From: Callorhinchus milii | Lineage: Eukaryota | Assembly: GCF_018977255.1 (NCBI RefSeq) | Contig: NW_024705404.1 | Coordinates: 1 to 47,901 of the forward strand | Direction: 5' to 3' | DNA length: 47,901 bases | Shown: positions 36,150 to 47,901 of the stretch, piece by piece | Numbering within the stretch: position 1 is the first letter of the stretch | Layout: the number at the start of each line of letters is the position of its first letter | Made by a program: the position numbers and the translations under genes | Notes under the pieces: model-generated | The model's input: the letters and a program-made list of their open reading frames with translations, nothing else | What the model was told of the DNA's origin: nothing | Databases searched by the model: none

Positions 36150-36375
36150 CAGTGTTTCCTTTGAGAGACACAGCAGCAATTTCACAATTTGTCAAATAGG
36201 TCAACTGCCAGGATCAACATGTGTGCTGATCTGAATCCCTTTATCTTCCCTATGGGATGTTGACGTTCAGAGATGTAGTCGCATTGAAGAATTGGTATGT
36301 TTCCATATGAAACGTAGGAATTATTATTATGTCTGAAATGTCTCAAAACACTTGACAGGGTAACTGTCATAAAAA
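36150..36375 (-). pseudogene. Highly decayed relic of a V like the one at 26146-26452
   Basis: 36150-36300 aligns by eye with the 3' flank and RSS spacer at 26010-26170 (shared GACTACATC, AGGTCAACTG). TVTLS-like FR1 remnant. No recognisable heptamer. Confidence 0.35.
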
Positions 36376-36599
36376 TATAATAATTCTTGCATTGGATGTG
36401 GCGCCTTAAAACTTCTTCTAGATGACTAACGCCTTCACGGAATACACTGTAACGCGAATTTTCTGTAGATTTTGTCGGTAAATGTGGAAATTGCAGTTTG
36501 TATCTATTCTACTTTCTTCCTGAGAGTCAAACAGACACTGTTACAAAATGTTTTGTTTCGCGGCATTTGCATAATACAGCAAATCAATGGAAAATGATG

Positions 36600-37280
36600 A
36601 AATCAAAGAATTATGCATGACAAAAGGAGGCCAATCGGCCCATCATGTCTGTTCCGGCTCTTTGAAAAGAGTTACCCAATTCAAACTCCTCCCCCGCACT
36701 TTACCCATAAGTCTGAAACTGGTCCTCTCCAAACAATTATCGACCTGTCTCTTAAAAGTTGTCATCAAATCAGCTGCCATCACCCTTTCAGGCAATGCAT
36801 CCCAAATTCAAACAAATCGATTGGGGAAAAAACATTTCCACTCGCCTAACCTCTATTTCTTTAGCAACAATTTTAAATCGGTTGCACTCGGATTACCGAC
36901 CAACCCGCTTTCGGAAATAGTTTCTGCTTGTTAAACCTAATGAAGTCTTTTATCATTTTGAAATAATCTTTCACGTCTCCTCTTACCCGCTCTGCTCCAA
37001 GGAGAGTAATGTTAGCTTCCCAAGCCTCTCCTGACAACTGAAGTCCCTCTTTCCTGGTACCGTCCTGGTAAATCTACTTTGCACCATCTCCAATGCATTG
37101 ACATCCGTCTTAAGTGTGGGGCCCAGTCTGAGCACAGTCTCCAGCTGAGGCTTAAATAGTGTTTTATAAACGTTCGTCATAACTTTCTGATTTTGTCTTC
37201 TATTCCCGTATTTATGAAGCCTAATATCTCCCGTATGATTTTTAGAGAGCTTTATCCACCTGTCCTGCCACCTTCAATGA
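36600..37280 (-). mobile_element. CR1 LINE 3' fragment
   Basis: Minus-strand RT C-terminal-like text (LFKPQLETVLRLGP...DVNALEMVQSRFTRTVPG...LGKLTLLSLEQ) and a CR1-type 3' UTR. Boundaries approximate. Confidence 0.75.
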
Positions 37281-37525
37281 TTCACTTATATTACGTGGAC
37301 TGTTGCATCTAACTGAATGTTTATTTTACATTCTGAAGTTGTTGAGAAAAATAATTACGATGATCTTCAGCAGACAGATTCACTTGTGGTGAATGTGGTT
37401 TTCCCTCAAACAAGTTGCACACAAAGCCTGACTCTGAATATATAAAAAGAGGTCAGATGGATAGACCAAGCTCACACACCCAGGGTAGTTATTGTACGAG
37501 GCTGTGCCTGGTTCCGATCACTGTG

Positions 37526-38287
37526 AGTACATCAGGAGAGAGAGCACAGAGATACACAGCGCTGTCAGACACCAGCAGCTCAAAGATGGATAATCTGGTG
37601 GCAGATTGGGAAGTGAGAAGCTGAGAAGAGAATCGAATTCCAATTCCTTCTCCTTTTCTTTCCTGATTGTCATATGAATCCCTTCGTAGTATGAACTCTG
37701 GCTGTTTGCCTGGGGAATGTCGGTACCAGAACAGGTAGTAATATCTTTCAGTCGTGGAATAGCTACATTCAAACGTCACCGTTTCTCTTTCTGTCTTCAG
37801 CATCAGTGCATCCTTCTGACTGACAGAATCCCCACCACAGAGATCTGTAATAGACATGGAAGATCACGACAATGCATTATTCACTATTTGCCTGAATTAT
37901 TTTACACCACCTTGCTACATCATCCTGCTGACGCGATAGGCGCTATACGTTTTGTTACTAATCAAATAATAATCATCCATACAATTTATGTAACACATTG
38001 TCACGTCTATGAGTCTTCTTGCGTTAATTGCTGTGTATTTTCAAGGGCGAAACGCATCCGTCAATTGCACACAACAGTGTTTCTCAAACAGTCGTCCATT
38101 GAATGAACGCATTATTTTTATGGGATTATTAACGACGGGTTCAACCGTGATTAAATAGCGACTGGGTTCCAGCTGACTACTGGGCAAAAAGACGCGTTCC
38201 TGTGTCAGCAGCATCACTGAATCAGCTCAACACGGCCTCACCTGACATGAAGGTTCCCAGCACCAGACAGACAGCAAACAGCCTCAT
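37526..38287 (-). CDS. TCR alpha/delta V segment, apparently intact (MRLFAVCL-leader family)
   Basis: Leader 38287-38242. V exon 37844-37526 (GDSVSQKD...FEC...LFWYRH...DSAVYLCALSPDVL). RSS CACAGTG-23bp-ACAATAACT (37525-37487). Confidence 0.9.
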
Positions 38288-38299
38288 TGCTGCTCTTCA

Positions 38300-38430
38300 A
38301 TCTCTGTGGTTGTGTCTGTGCCATCAGTTTGCTGATAACCCGCAGTGATGGTCGGCATTGGCGGAGCCACAGTCTCACGTCACCTCATTGGCATCTCAGT
38401 CGCGTTTCAATACAACAACCAATTGCTTTT
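38300..38430 (-). promoter_or_regulatory. Conserved V-family promoter block (also ~8355-8480, 24270-24400, 40655-40785, 43150-43280)
   Basis: Strongly conserved block upstream of five paralogous leaders, containing TGACGTGAG (CRE/TCR-decamer-like, 38382-38374) and CCAAT elements. Confidence 0.7.
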
Positions 38431-38624
38431 ATACCGCAGCTTTCACCTGTCACTGGGAACTGGGAATCCTCCCACTCAGTAACTGATAATTCTACGATCC
38501 AAAGTTCTGGCGGGAAGGACGCTGACAGCTGAGCAAAACTAGATAGCAATGTGAATGGCAAGCTGTTTGATATTAGCTATTTAAGCTCCAGCAGATACAC
38601 AAACACACTCTGTGAGGGCCCTAA

Positions 38625-38897
38625 ACCTTAATAATAATAAAGATAATAATAATAATAATCCTTGCATTTGATATAGCGCTTTACACGTCGGGAGGACGTC
38701 CCGAAGCGCTTCACAGAATATACCGTAAAGTGAATTGACTGTATACTAGTGGGCGAACGCGGCAGCCAATTGCGCACAGCAATTTCCCACAGACATTCGT
38801 AGATTGCAAATGACCAATTTATTATCGCTTTTGGTTTTGGAGGGATTATTATTAGGCGTGTGGAGTAAGGAAACTTGCCCAGGGTTTCGCCCTGCCC
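38625..38897 (-). mobile_element. tRNA-derived SINE, 5'-truncated
   Basis: Core plus tail GGGACGTCCTCCCGACGTG...(ATT)n. Head incomplete. Confidence 0.8.
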
Positions 38898-39722
38898 TTG
38901 TCTCTGTCCGACCTGCGCCTAATGTCCTCCAGTATGTGTGTGCGATCCATTTCAAAATTTTGTCTCTGGGATTTCCATATGTATATTTCAAAATCACACC
39001 TTGAAAAATACTAGATTCTATTGGTCAGCTGACAGAGTTCAGCTGTGCCTTAATGTTAGTTGCCAAATTTGAATGTATGCAATGAATGAAACACTAATGT
39101 GTTGTTTTTCCAGTGGCTTTTAACACCTGAAGCACAGGGTACAGTAACGCCCCGCCTTGTCAATCACTGACACCAGAGATACTGAAGCCCCGCCTCCCAC
39201 ATATTGATTAATAATAATTCTTGCATTTGATATTGCGCCTCATCACGCGTTAGAGACGACCCCAGCGCAATTAACAGAATAAACTGTAAAGTGATTTGAC
39301 TGTGTATTTCCGGAACGAGAGGTGACAGCCAACTGAGCAGAGCAGTGTCCCACAAACGGTCGTGGATTGAGTGATCAACTTTTCTAAATAGATGTAAAGG
39401 TTTCACGAAAATGGAATTACTGTCATAAAAAACAATTGTTTTTATTATACTTGCAAGCTGAAGCAATTCAATACAAACTGGACCTGTAATGCCGAACTCG
39501 TTCACTAATTGTTGTCTGCGTTAATTGTGACAAATAGTATGCGGACCTTTAGCTAACAAATTGATGTGAGGTGAATGTGGTTTCCACTGTCACTGGCTAC
39601 ACACATGTCTGCTCCCCGCAGGGCCTCAAAGCCTGACCAATTTTCCGCACACACTTCAACAGACAGATGTACAAAGTGAAGGCAGTTTTTGTACGAGACT
39701 TGCAGTGCAGTCTATCACTGTG

Positions 39723-40641
39723 GTGAGACTAAAGGCACAGTAATACACAGCGCTGTCAGACACCTCCAGCTCAGAGATGGATAAACTGGTAAAGGAACTG
39801 GATTTGTATAGTTGAGCAGAGAAACGATTTCCAAATCCTGTTCCTTTGTTTTGATCGTCTAACCAAGAATATCTCACAACGATAAACTCTGGTTGCCTTT
39901 CTCGGTAATGTCGGTACCATAAGAGAAAGTAGTTGCTTTCAGTCGTGGGAAATGTACATTCAAAAGTCGCAGTTTCTGTTTCTTTCCTAACTATCGGGGC
40001 AACTTTCTGACTGACAGTGTCCCCATCGCAGAGTTCTGTAATAAACATGGAAGAAAACGACAGTATGTTAATCGCTATTTTTCTCAATTATTTCTTTCAG
40101 CGCCTCGGGACGTTATCCTGATGAGAAAGGCGCTAAACATGTTGTATTTGTCAATAATGAAACAATAATAATCAGTGCATTTTACATAACAGATTATCAC
40201 AATTGCGCGCAGCAGTGTCACACTTTTATTCGGGGAATGAGTTGTCAATTTATTATTTTTAATTTTGAATGTATTCTTGTCCCCGGAAAAGAGATCCGCC
40301 AATCCGCTAATAAGGTTTGGTAAATTATTATTTAGTTGATACTATTACCGCTTATGTTAAAACTGGTGATAAGCAAACAGTGTTATTCTTATTGCGGTTA
40401 AACACAGAGGCGTGTAAGTGGTATTAGGAAACTTGCCTATGTTTTCGTCCTGTCCCGTCCGGGAATTGAGCTCAGATCCTCTCACTTGAGAGGCAAGTGC
40501 ACAAACGGCTTAACTACAGGTCTACCTCCACAAATTGTTGTTGAAATGGAGCTGAAAATCATCAGGAACACTGACATAGCTGAACACCACCTCACCTGAC
40601 ATGAAGGTTCCCAGCACAAGACAGACAGCAAACAGCCTCAT
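39723..40641 (-). CDS. TCR alpha/delta V segment, apparently intact (MRLFAVCL-leader family)
   Basis: Leader 40641-40596. V exon 40035-39723 (GDTVSQKV...FEC...LWYRH...DSAVYYCAFSLT). RSS CACAGTG-23bp-ACAAAAACT (39722-39684). Confidence 0.92.
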
Positions 40642-42213
40642 TGCTGCTCTTCAGTCTGTGAGGTTGTGTCTGTGGCATCAGTTTGCTGATAACCCGCAGT
40701 GATTGTCGGCATTGGCGGAGCCACAGTCTCACTTCACCTCATTGACATCTCAGTCGCGTTTCAACACAACAACCAATTACTTTTATACCGCGGCTTTCAC
40801 CAGTCATTGGGGGCAGTGAATCCATTCAGTCAGCTACTGATAACTGCTCGAGCTGAAGCCCTATGCTGACCGATGGAGAAACAGCTGTAATGCTTACAAG
40901 ACAGCACTATAAATGTCAAGCTATGTGTGTTTAGCTGGATAGAGTCCAGCAACAATGCCATTGCTGCCTCTGGAGTCACCAAATTTTGACTCTTGCCAAA
41001 CTGTGCCTAATACTCTGTGGAAATAAATGAGCTGAATCGTGCCTCCAGAGAGAGACTGCAAATGACGTTTCAATAATATATCTATGGGATTTCGATGCTT
41101 GGAGAATTACATGGAAATTTCAACTTGGTTTGGAGACACTTTAGCACGTTGATGGTTTTCCTCATTTGCTGCCCCCGCCTCCATATGAACTGTATATTTT
41201 GTGGTTGGAACGCAGTGAAATTTCGCTCAGTTCCTTCAAGTATAGTCATGGGTCAAGTGATCAAATTATTATTATTGTTATTTTTGAAAGAATTTTAGCC
41301 CACGGAAAAAGTTTCCATCTCATCCGTAGGGTAAAAAAATTTCCCCGTCCAAATTCTCTCGATTTAAACTATAAATGACTTTGCCTCTTAATGTAACTTA
41401 CGGATTCAATTTAAAAATTCATTAATTTATTTGGCAAAAAAATTGATCATCTTTGATGATTTTGTAAATAATATTAGATTTCGCACACTATTGGTCAATG
41501 TGCCACAGTTTGGCGTTGCTTCAAGGTTTATGCAGAACTTGAAGTAAAGCAATGCTTGTTATAATATTGTGTTGCATTTTCCAGTGGCTATTATCATCTA
41601 ACGCTTCGAATACAGCAAAACACCCCTCCGTCAATAACTGTGACGGCACAGATATTGAAGCTCTGCTTCCCATACACCAAATAGTAATAATAATAATAAT
41701 ATCAACAATAATAATCCTTGCAATTGATACAGCGCCACATCAGGTATTCGACACGACTCATCGCAAATCACAGAATCAGCTATAAAGTGAATTGGCTCTC
41801 TATGTTGTGGGCGAAACGCGAGAGCTAATTAAACGCAGCAATATCTCAAAACCAATCGTGGTTTGCGTGACCATTTAAAAAAAAAATAGTTTTGAAGGTG
41901 CGACGAACACGTGGATGTATTTCTATGACAAGGGTTTGTTTTGTAATATTGCAAACTAAAATTATTCAATCGCAACTGGACCTGGAATGCCTAATTCGTA
42001 TATGATTGCTGTCTCCATTTATTGTGACACATAATGATTTGAACGTTTAGCTGACAAGTTGACGTGAGATGGTTGCGGTTTCCTCTCTCTCTGGCTGCAG
42101 ACATGTTTGCTCCCCGCAGGGCATCAAGGATTCGCGCACACTTCAATAGACGGTTCATCCCAATATACATACGGAGTTTTTGTACGAGACTTGCAGTGCA
42201 GTTTATCACTGTG

Positions 42214-43136
42214 GTGTGAATAAAGGCACAGTCATACACAGCGCTGTCAGACACCACCAGCTCAGAGATTGATAAACTGGTGAATGACTTGGATTTCTGC
42301 AGCTGAGCAGAGAAACGGTTTCCAAATCCTGTTCCTTTGTACTGATTGTCATCCCGAGAATATCTTCGAACGATAAACTCCGGCTGCTTGTCTGGGTAAC
42401 GTCGGAACCAGTAGAGATTGTAAGAGCTATATGAAGTGGAATAAGTACACTCAAAAGTCACAGTTTCTCCTTCTTTCCTAACCATCGGGACAGCTTTCTG
42501 ACTGACAGAGGCCCCGTCACAGAGATCTGTAATAAAGGAGGAACAGCACGAAAATTTTGCATTCACTCGTTGGCTGACTTATTTTTCCATCGCCTTGGAA
42601 TTTCTTCCGGACAAGAAACGCGCTATAAACATTACGTTTGTCAACAATCAAATAAAAATCATCAATATATTTCATATAGTACATTAGCACGTGGTTGAGA
42701 TATTTGTATGCTTCACACAGAATAGACCATAAAGTGAAATGCTGTGTATTTTTGAGGGCAAAGTAGGCACAGCAGTTTCTCGCACACAGTCGTAGAAACG
42801 GTTTCCAAATTATTATTTAATTTTGTTAATGTACTATTGAATCTGTAATGGAGGTCACACGTTTCCACGAACAACGTTTGGATTCAGAAACTATTATTAC
42901 TTGGACGGGTGTTTAGCCCTGGGTTATAAAACAACGGAGTTTATAAAACAACGGAGTTCCCATTAATGTTAGATAAACAGAGGCTTATGTTTCGAGTAAG
43001 GAAACTTGCATAAGGTTTCCTTCCACCCATTGTTGTGGGAATGGAGCTATCATTCAGCAACAACGCGGAATTAGCTCAACTTGGCCTCACCTGACATAAA
43101 GGTTCCCAGCAAAAGACAGACAGCAAACAGCCTCAT
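42214..43136 (-). CDS. TCR alpha/delta V segment, open (YDC instead of YYC)
   Basis: Leader 43136-43091. V exon 42526-42214 (GASVSQKA...FEC...LYWFRR...DSAVYDCAFIHT). RSS CACAGTG-23bp-ACAAAAACT (42213-42175). Confidence 0.88.
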
Positions 43137-44296
43137 TGCTGCTCTTCAGTCTGTGTGGTTGTGTCTGTGCCATCAGTTTGCTGATAACCCGCAGTGATTG
43201 TCGGCATTGGCGGAGCCACATTCTCACGTCACCTCATTGGCATCTCAGCCGCGTTTCAATACAACAACCAATTGCTTTTATAAAACGGGTTTCACCAGTC
43301 ACGAGGGGCAGGGAATCCTCCCACTCAGCTCTTGTTAAACCTGCAAGATAAAGTTCTAACGAGAAAGATGGTGATAGCTGGACAAACAGCGGAAATGGTT
43401 GCTATTCAGCGATGTCAATTGCAAGCTACGTGTTTTAATTAGTTGGACTCCAGCGGAGACAAATCGTATACTCAGAGGTCACCAAGCCTTGGTTCCTGCC
43501 AACCAGCAGCTAATAATCTCCGGAATGAGTAAAGCAGGACCTGTCTCTCCAATCTCTGGCATTTCCAAGTATAGGTGGGATACATGAGAATCTCACCTTG
43601 GTTTGGAGACTCTTAAGAATGTTATAGGCATTTGTGGACCACCCCAAAACAAAACACTTCAAAAATGTGTAGTGTCTACATTTTCGTTAAAAAAATCATT
43701 CAGCATCATGATTTGGTAAATATTAGTAACTTGTCGCCCTCTGGAGACCATTGGGCCATAGCTCAACCCTGCCTTCATATTTGATGCCAAACTTGAAGTA
43801 AAGCAATGATTGTAGTAATAATGTGTTGAGGTTCCCAGTGGCTTATATCACCTGAGGCTCAGAGTACAGTAACACACCCCGCTGTCAGTCACTGTGATGC
43901 CACAGATACTGAAGCCCCAACTCCCACACACTAATTCCTCGTCTCACAATTATGTTGAGCTGTTCTGAGCCCAAATGGGCAATGTGTCAGTGGAATAGCT
44001 CACATTGCAATAGTGAATTGAGACATTATTGCCACTGGCAATTGGATATTGTCGCATTTGCGTACTGCTCACCAAGCAGTAAGGAGAAAACCGGTTGATA
44101 TTAGATTGGCTAATTACTTTCTGAGTATTATAATTCCTCCATAATAATAATAATATTATTAGAGTCACGCAATCCACAACTCTTTGTGAGTCACTGCTGT
44201 GCCCTATTGGCTGGCTTGTTTCAGTCACAAAATGTAGTTTCAATTCCCGTCAAAATATATTCCATGAAGAGGTTTGAGAGGTATCGAAGTCGTGAT

Positions 44297-47200
44297 AACA
44301 ACAAGATTCCATTTATAAAGCGCCTTTCACGTCAGGAGGATTTCCCAAGGCGCTGCACAGTTGGGTCATGACCCGAGCAGGGGGGAAATGGTCAGGGTGA
44401 GGGAAGGGAGGGAGCGAGGAGGGGGAACTGGTCAGGGTAAGGGGAGGGAAGGGAGGGAGCGAGGAGGGGAAGAGAGTCGAGAGGGGAGCTGAAGGCACGG
44501 TCAAAGAGAAAGATTTTGAGACCGGCCTTGAAGGAGGAAAGGGAGGAAGCAAGGCGAAGGCACTGGAGGATGGAGTTCCAGAGCCTCGGGGCTGAGAGGC
44601 TGAAGGCCCGACCACCGATGGTAGGGAGGTTGGGGCGGGGGACGTGGAGCAGACCGGAGCCAGAGGAACGGAGGGTACGGGCAGGTAGGTAGGGGGATAG
44701 TAGGTTGGAGAGGTAGGAGGGAGCAAGGCCGTGAATGGCCTTGTAGGTGAGGATGAGGATCTTGAAATCAATCCTCTGGGGGATGGGGAGCCAGTGGAGG
44801 CGAGCGAGGGTGGGAGTGATGTGGTCCCGAAGCCTGGTGCGGGACAGTACACGAGCTGCAGAGTTCTGAATGACCTGCAGCTTGTGGAGGGAGGTGGCGG
44901 GAAGGCCGGCGAGGAGAGAGTTCCCATAGTCCAGCCTTGAGGTGACAAAGGCGTGGACCAGGGTTTCAGCAGCGTGAGGGGTGAGGTAGTGCCGTAGTCT
45001 GGCGATGTTCCGGAGGTGATGGAAGGCGGTGCCAGTTGTGGTGCGGATGTGAGGGAGAAAGGACAGCTCAGGGTCGAACAAAACGCCGAGGTTCCTGACT
45101 GGCTTTGAGAGGTGGAGAGTGCAGCCTTGGATGCTGATGGTGTCAGCGCCTGAGGTGCGGAGGCGCTGACGTGAGCCAATCAGGAGGGCCTCGGTTTTTC
45201 GCACGTTGAGCTGAAGAAAGTTGTCTCTCGTCCAGGACTCGATGTCGGACAGGCAGCTGTCAGGACATCGGTGGTCGTGGAGTTGAGAGTAGAGGAGGAA
45301 AGGTAGAGTTGGGTGTCATCCGCATACATGTGGAAGTTAACTCCATGTCTGCGGATGATGTCACCGAGGGGGAGCATATAGAGGGTGAAGAGGAGGGGAC
45401 CGAGGACAGAGCCCTGAGGGACACCACATGAGACAGTACGGGGGGTGGAGGAGAAGCCATTCGTTGAGACAAAGTGAAGACGGTGAGAAAGGTACGACCT
45501 AAACCATTCAAGGACAGTGCCTTGAAGGTTGAGGTGGGAGGACAAGCGGTGGAGTAGGATAGCGTGGTCGACCGTATCGAATGCTGCCGATAGGTCGAGG
45601 AGGACGAGGAGACAGAGGGAGCCCTGGTCACAGATGGTCAGGATATCATTGGTGACCTTGACCAGGGCAGTTTCTGTGCTATGGCAGCACGGAAACCTGA
45701 CTGAAGGGGTTCAAAAAGAGAATGGGTGGAAAGGAAAGAGCGCAGTTGGGAGGCGACAACTCTTTCCAAGACCTTGGAGAGAAAGGGGAGGTTGGAGATG
45801 GGCCGGTAGCTTGATAGCTGCGACGCATCAAGGGAGGGTTTTTTCAGGGTGGGCGTGATGATGGCAGTTTTTAATGGAATGGGGACAGAGCCAGAGGAGA
45901 GGGACAGGTTGATGATGTCAGTGATGTGTGGGGCAAGAAAGTGGAGCTGGGAGATAAGGAGTGGAGTGGGGATGGGGTCAAGGGAGCAGGTGGTTGGTTT
46001 TAGGGATAGGATGAGTTCAGTGACAGAGGGTGGGGAAACGGGTACGAAGGTGTGTAGGGGAGGATAGGTAGGAGTCGGAGTGTGGGAGGGAAGGGGTGGG
46101 TGGTGGGTGGAAGTTGGAGGGGAAGTGACCGCGGAGCGGATTCCCTTGATCTTGGATTCAAGGAAATCCAGCATCTCCTCGCAGTGAAGGTTGGAGGAGA
46201 TGACCTGCGCGGGGTGGCGGGGGGGACGGAGGAGTCGGGTTGTGGTGGAAAACAGTAGCCTGGGGTTGTTCTTCGCCTCCAGGATTATCCTGGAGTAGAA
46301 GGACGACTTGGCCGAGGCTAGAGTGGAGCGGTAAATTTTGAGGAGGTCCAGCCAGATTTGTCGGTGGACCGTTAGGCCAGATTTGACACAGGTGCGTTCA
46401 GCAGCCCGCACCTGGCTTTTCAGTGAGCGGAGGTGGGTGGTGTACCAGGGGGAGGAGCGGGAGTAGGAGACAGTGCGGGAAGTGATGGGGGCAAGAGTAT
46501 CGAGTGTGGAGGAGAGGGTATTGTGGAGGAGGGAGAGAGGAGAAGAGGGGTCGGTGAGGGTTGAAGGCCAGAGGGAGAGGAGTTCAGAGGACTCCAAGGC
46601 ATCGGTTAGGGATTGTGGGGGTAACTTCTTCCAAGGGCGGTAGAAGATGGTGGTGGGTCTGGTGGAGGTGGGGAGGGGGGTGGAGGTGGTGAAGGAGATG
46701 AAGTAGTGGTCAGAGATGGCCTTGTCGGTAATAGTGACATCCGAGACACTGAGGCCCCGGGTGATCACCAAATCGAGTGGGTGGCCGTGACTGTGAGTGG
46801 GGGAGTTTATGTGTAAGGAGAGGTTGAGTGAGGAGAGCAGGGAAGAGAAGTCTGTGGAGATGGAGCAGGAGGGGGTGAAGTGTAGGTTAAAGTCGCCCAG
46901 GATGATGAGGCGATCGGAGCAGAGGCAAAGAGATGTGAGGAGTGTTGAAATGTCAGAGATGAAGGTGGGAGAGGTTTTAGGGGGCCGGTAGAGGAGGAGG
47001 ATTTTAAGGGAGAGGAATGAGGGGTGGGAGAGGGTGAGGTGCTCAAAGGAGGGGAAAGAGCCAGTGGAGTAGGGGGATAGGGCAAGTGGTGTCCTTGAGA
47101 TAAGGGCAACACCACCGCCACGGCGGTTGGGGCGGGGGATGTGGTGGGAGGTGTAGCCGGGTGGTGTGGCCTCCGTGAGGGGGAAGGTGTCGCCTGGGGT

Positions 47201-47845
47201 GAGCCACGTTTCTGTCAAGGCCATGATATCAACGTTCTCATCAAGGATGAGATCGTTGATGACCAGGGCGTTGTTGCAGAGGGAGAGGACATTTTGCAGT
47301 CCGATGTGGAGGGAGCGGTTGACAGAAGGGTGTGTGGGAGGTGAGGGGGATCCAGGTTGTGAGGCAGGGGTGGGGCGAATGGGGATGAGGGAGGAGAGGT
47401 TGACTCCCCGGGTCTGTGTCCGTGGTGGGTGGCGAGTGTGGTGGGGAATGGGGCAGTCGGTGTGGCTGCTGCTGGACAGCCAACGCCGAGTGCCGCGGTG
47501 AGCCCGGCGGAGGATTCCCAGGCTGGAGCAGAGGGAGGTTGTGGGAGGGTCAAGTGGGGATAGAAGACGAGAGGGACGGAGAGAGAGGAGGAGAGAGCGG
47601 GAGAGATGCAGAGGGGGGAGGGTTTGGGGGAGAGAGGAGGGGGGCGGGAGGGAGGGGGTGAGGGGGCTCGGGTCAAAGCGGCAGCCATAGTGCGCACGCG
47701 GGGACCGGGAGCGAGCGGTCAGGTGGATGGCATTATCCCGCAGATTGGGGCAGCGAACCCAACAGGACCATAGTGGGCTCTGATGTGAGCCCTGGGGGGG
47801 GGGGCGCAGAGGGTTTTTTTTTTTTTTTTTTTTTTGCGCGCGCAC
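44297..47845 (-). mobile_element. Near full-length L2-clade LINE (APE endonuclease plus reverse transcriptase), two frameshifts
   Basis: ALTETWL, ILGDFNLH and H..GH.LDLVI (APE); [28 protein letters not shown] and YADDTQLY (RT). Frameshifts near 45683 and 45260. 3' tail ends in (TTG)n at ~44297. The 5' end may extend beyond the window. Confidence 0.93.
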
Positions 47846-47901
47846 GTACCTGAAAACTAATCTATTACGTCGCAGTTCCCCCGCTCCGTCCCCTCCCCTC
47901 C

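Noticed and set aside
44313-47697. Pro/Ser-rich or Gly-rich ORFs overlapping the LINE
   Set aside because: Alternate frames of the C-rich L2 ORF2.
1-47901. IgH-type V (IgHV/TAILV-like) segments reported in other shark TCR-delta loci
   Set aside because: No V here shows IgH-type FR2/FR3 motifs; all non-NAR Vs look TCR-like.

Overview
Vertebrate genomic DNA from a cartilaginous fish. A holocephalan such as Callorhinchus is plausible, but that is inference from gene content and repeats. The window is part of the V array of a T-cell receptor alpha/delta locus, all on the minus strand. Two NAR-TCR cassettes are present, each leader - IgNAR-like V - 12/12 D - J, offset by ~28.6 kb. The second cassette is followed by a leaderless supporting TCR-delta V carrying the extra CDR1 cysteine; the first cassette's partner V should lie just left of the window. 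Interspersed are 11 conventional TCR V segments with 23-bp RSSs (6 apparently intact, 3 pseudogenes, 2 uncertain), an orphan V leader/promoter, a V relic, and a class-A GPCR (GPR139/142-like) exon with a premature stop. Repeats include a near full-length young L2 LINE, CR1 fragments, many tRNA-derived SINEs, mini/microsatellites and several N gaps. NAR-TCR itself is a known system. The most novel-looking points are (1) the NAR V segments look germline pre-joined to a D1 (22-bp RSS plus D-like 3' end), (2) an orphan TCR leader is in splice phase with the GPCR exon, and (3) SINE Pol III heads start 3-9 bp from three V RSS nonamers. All coordinates were read by hand; no database searches were run.
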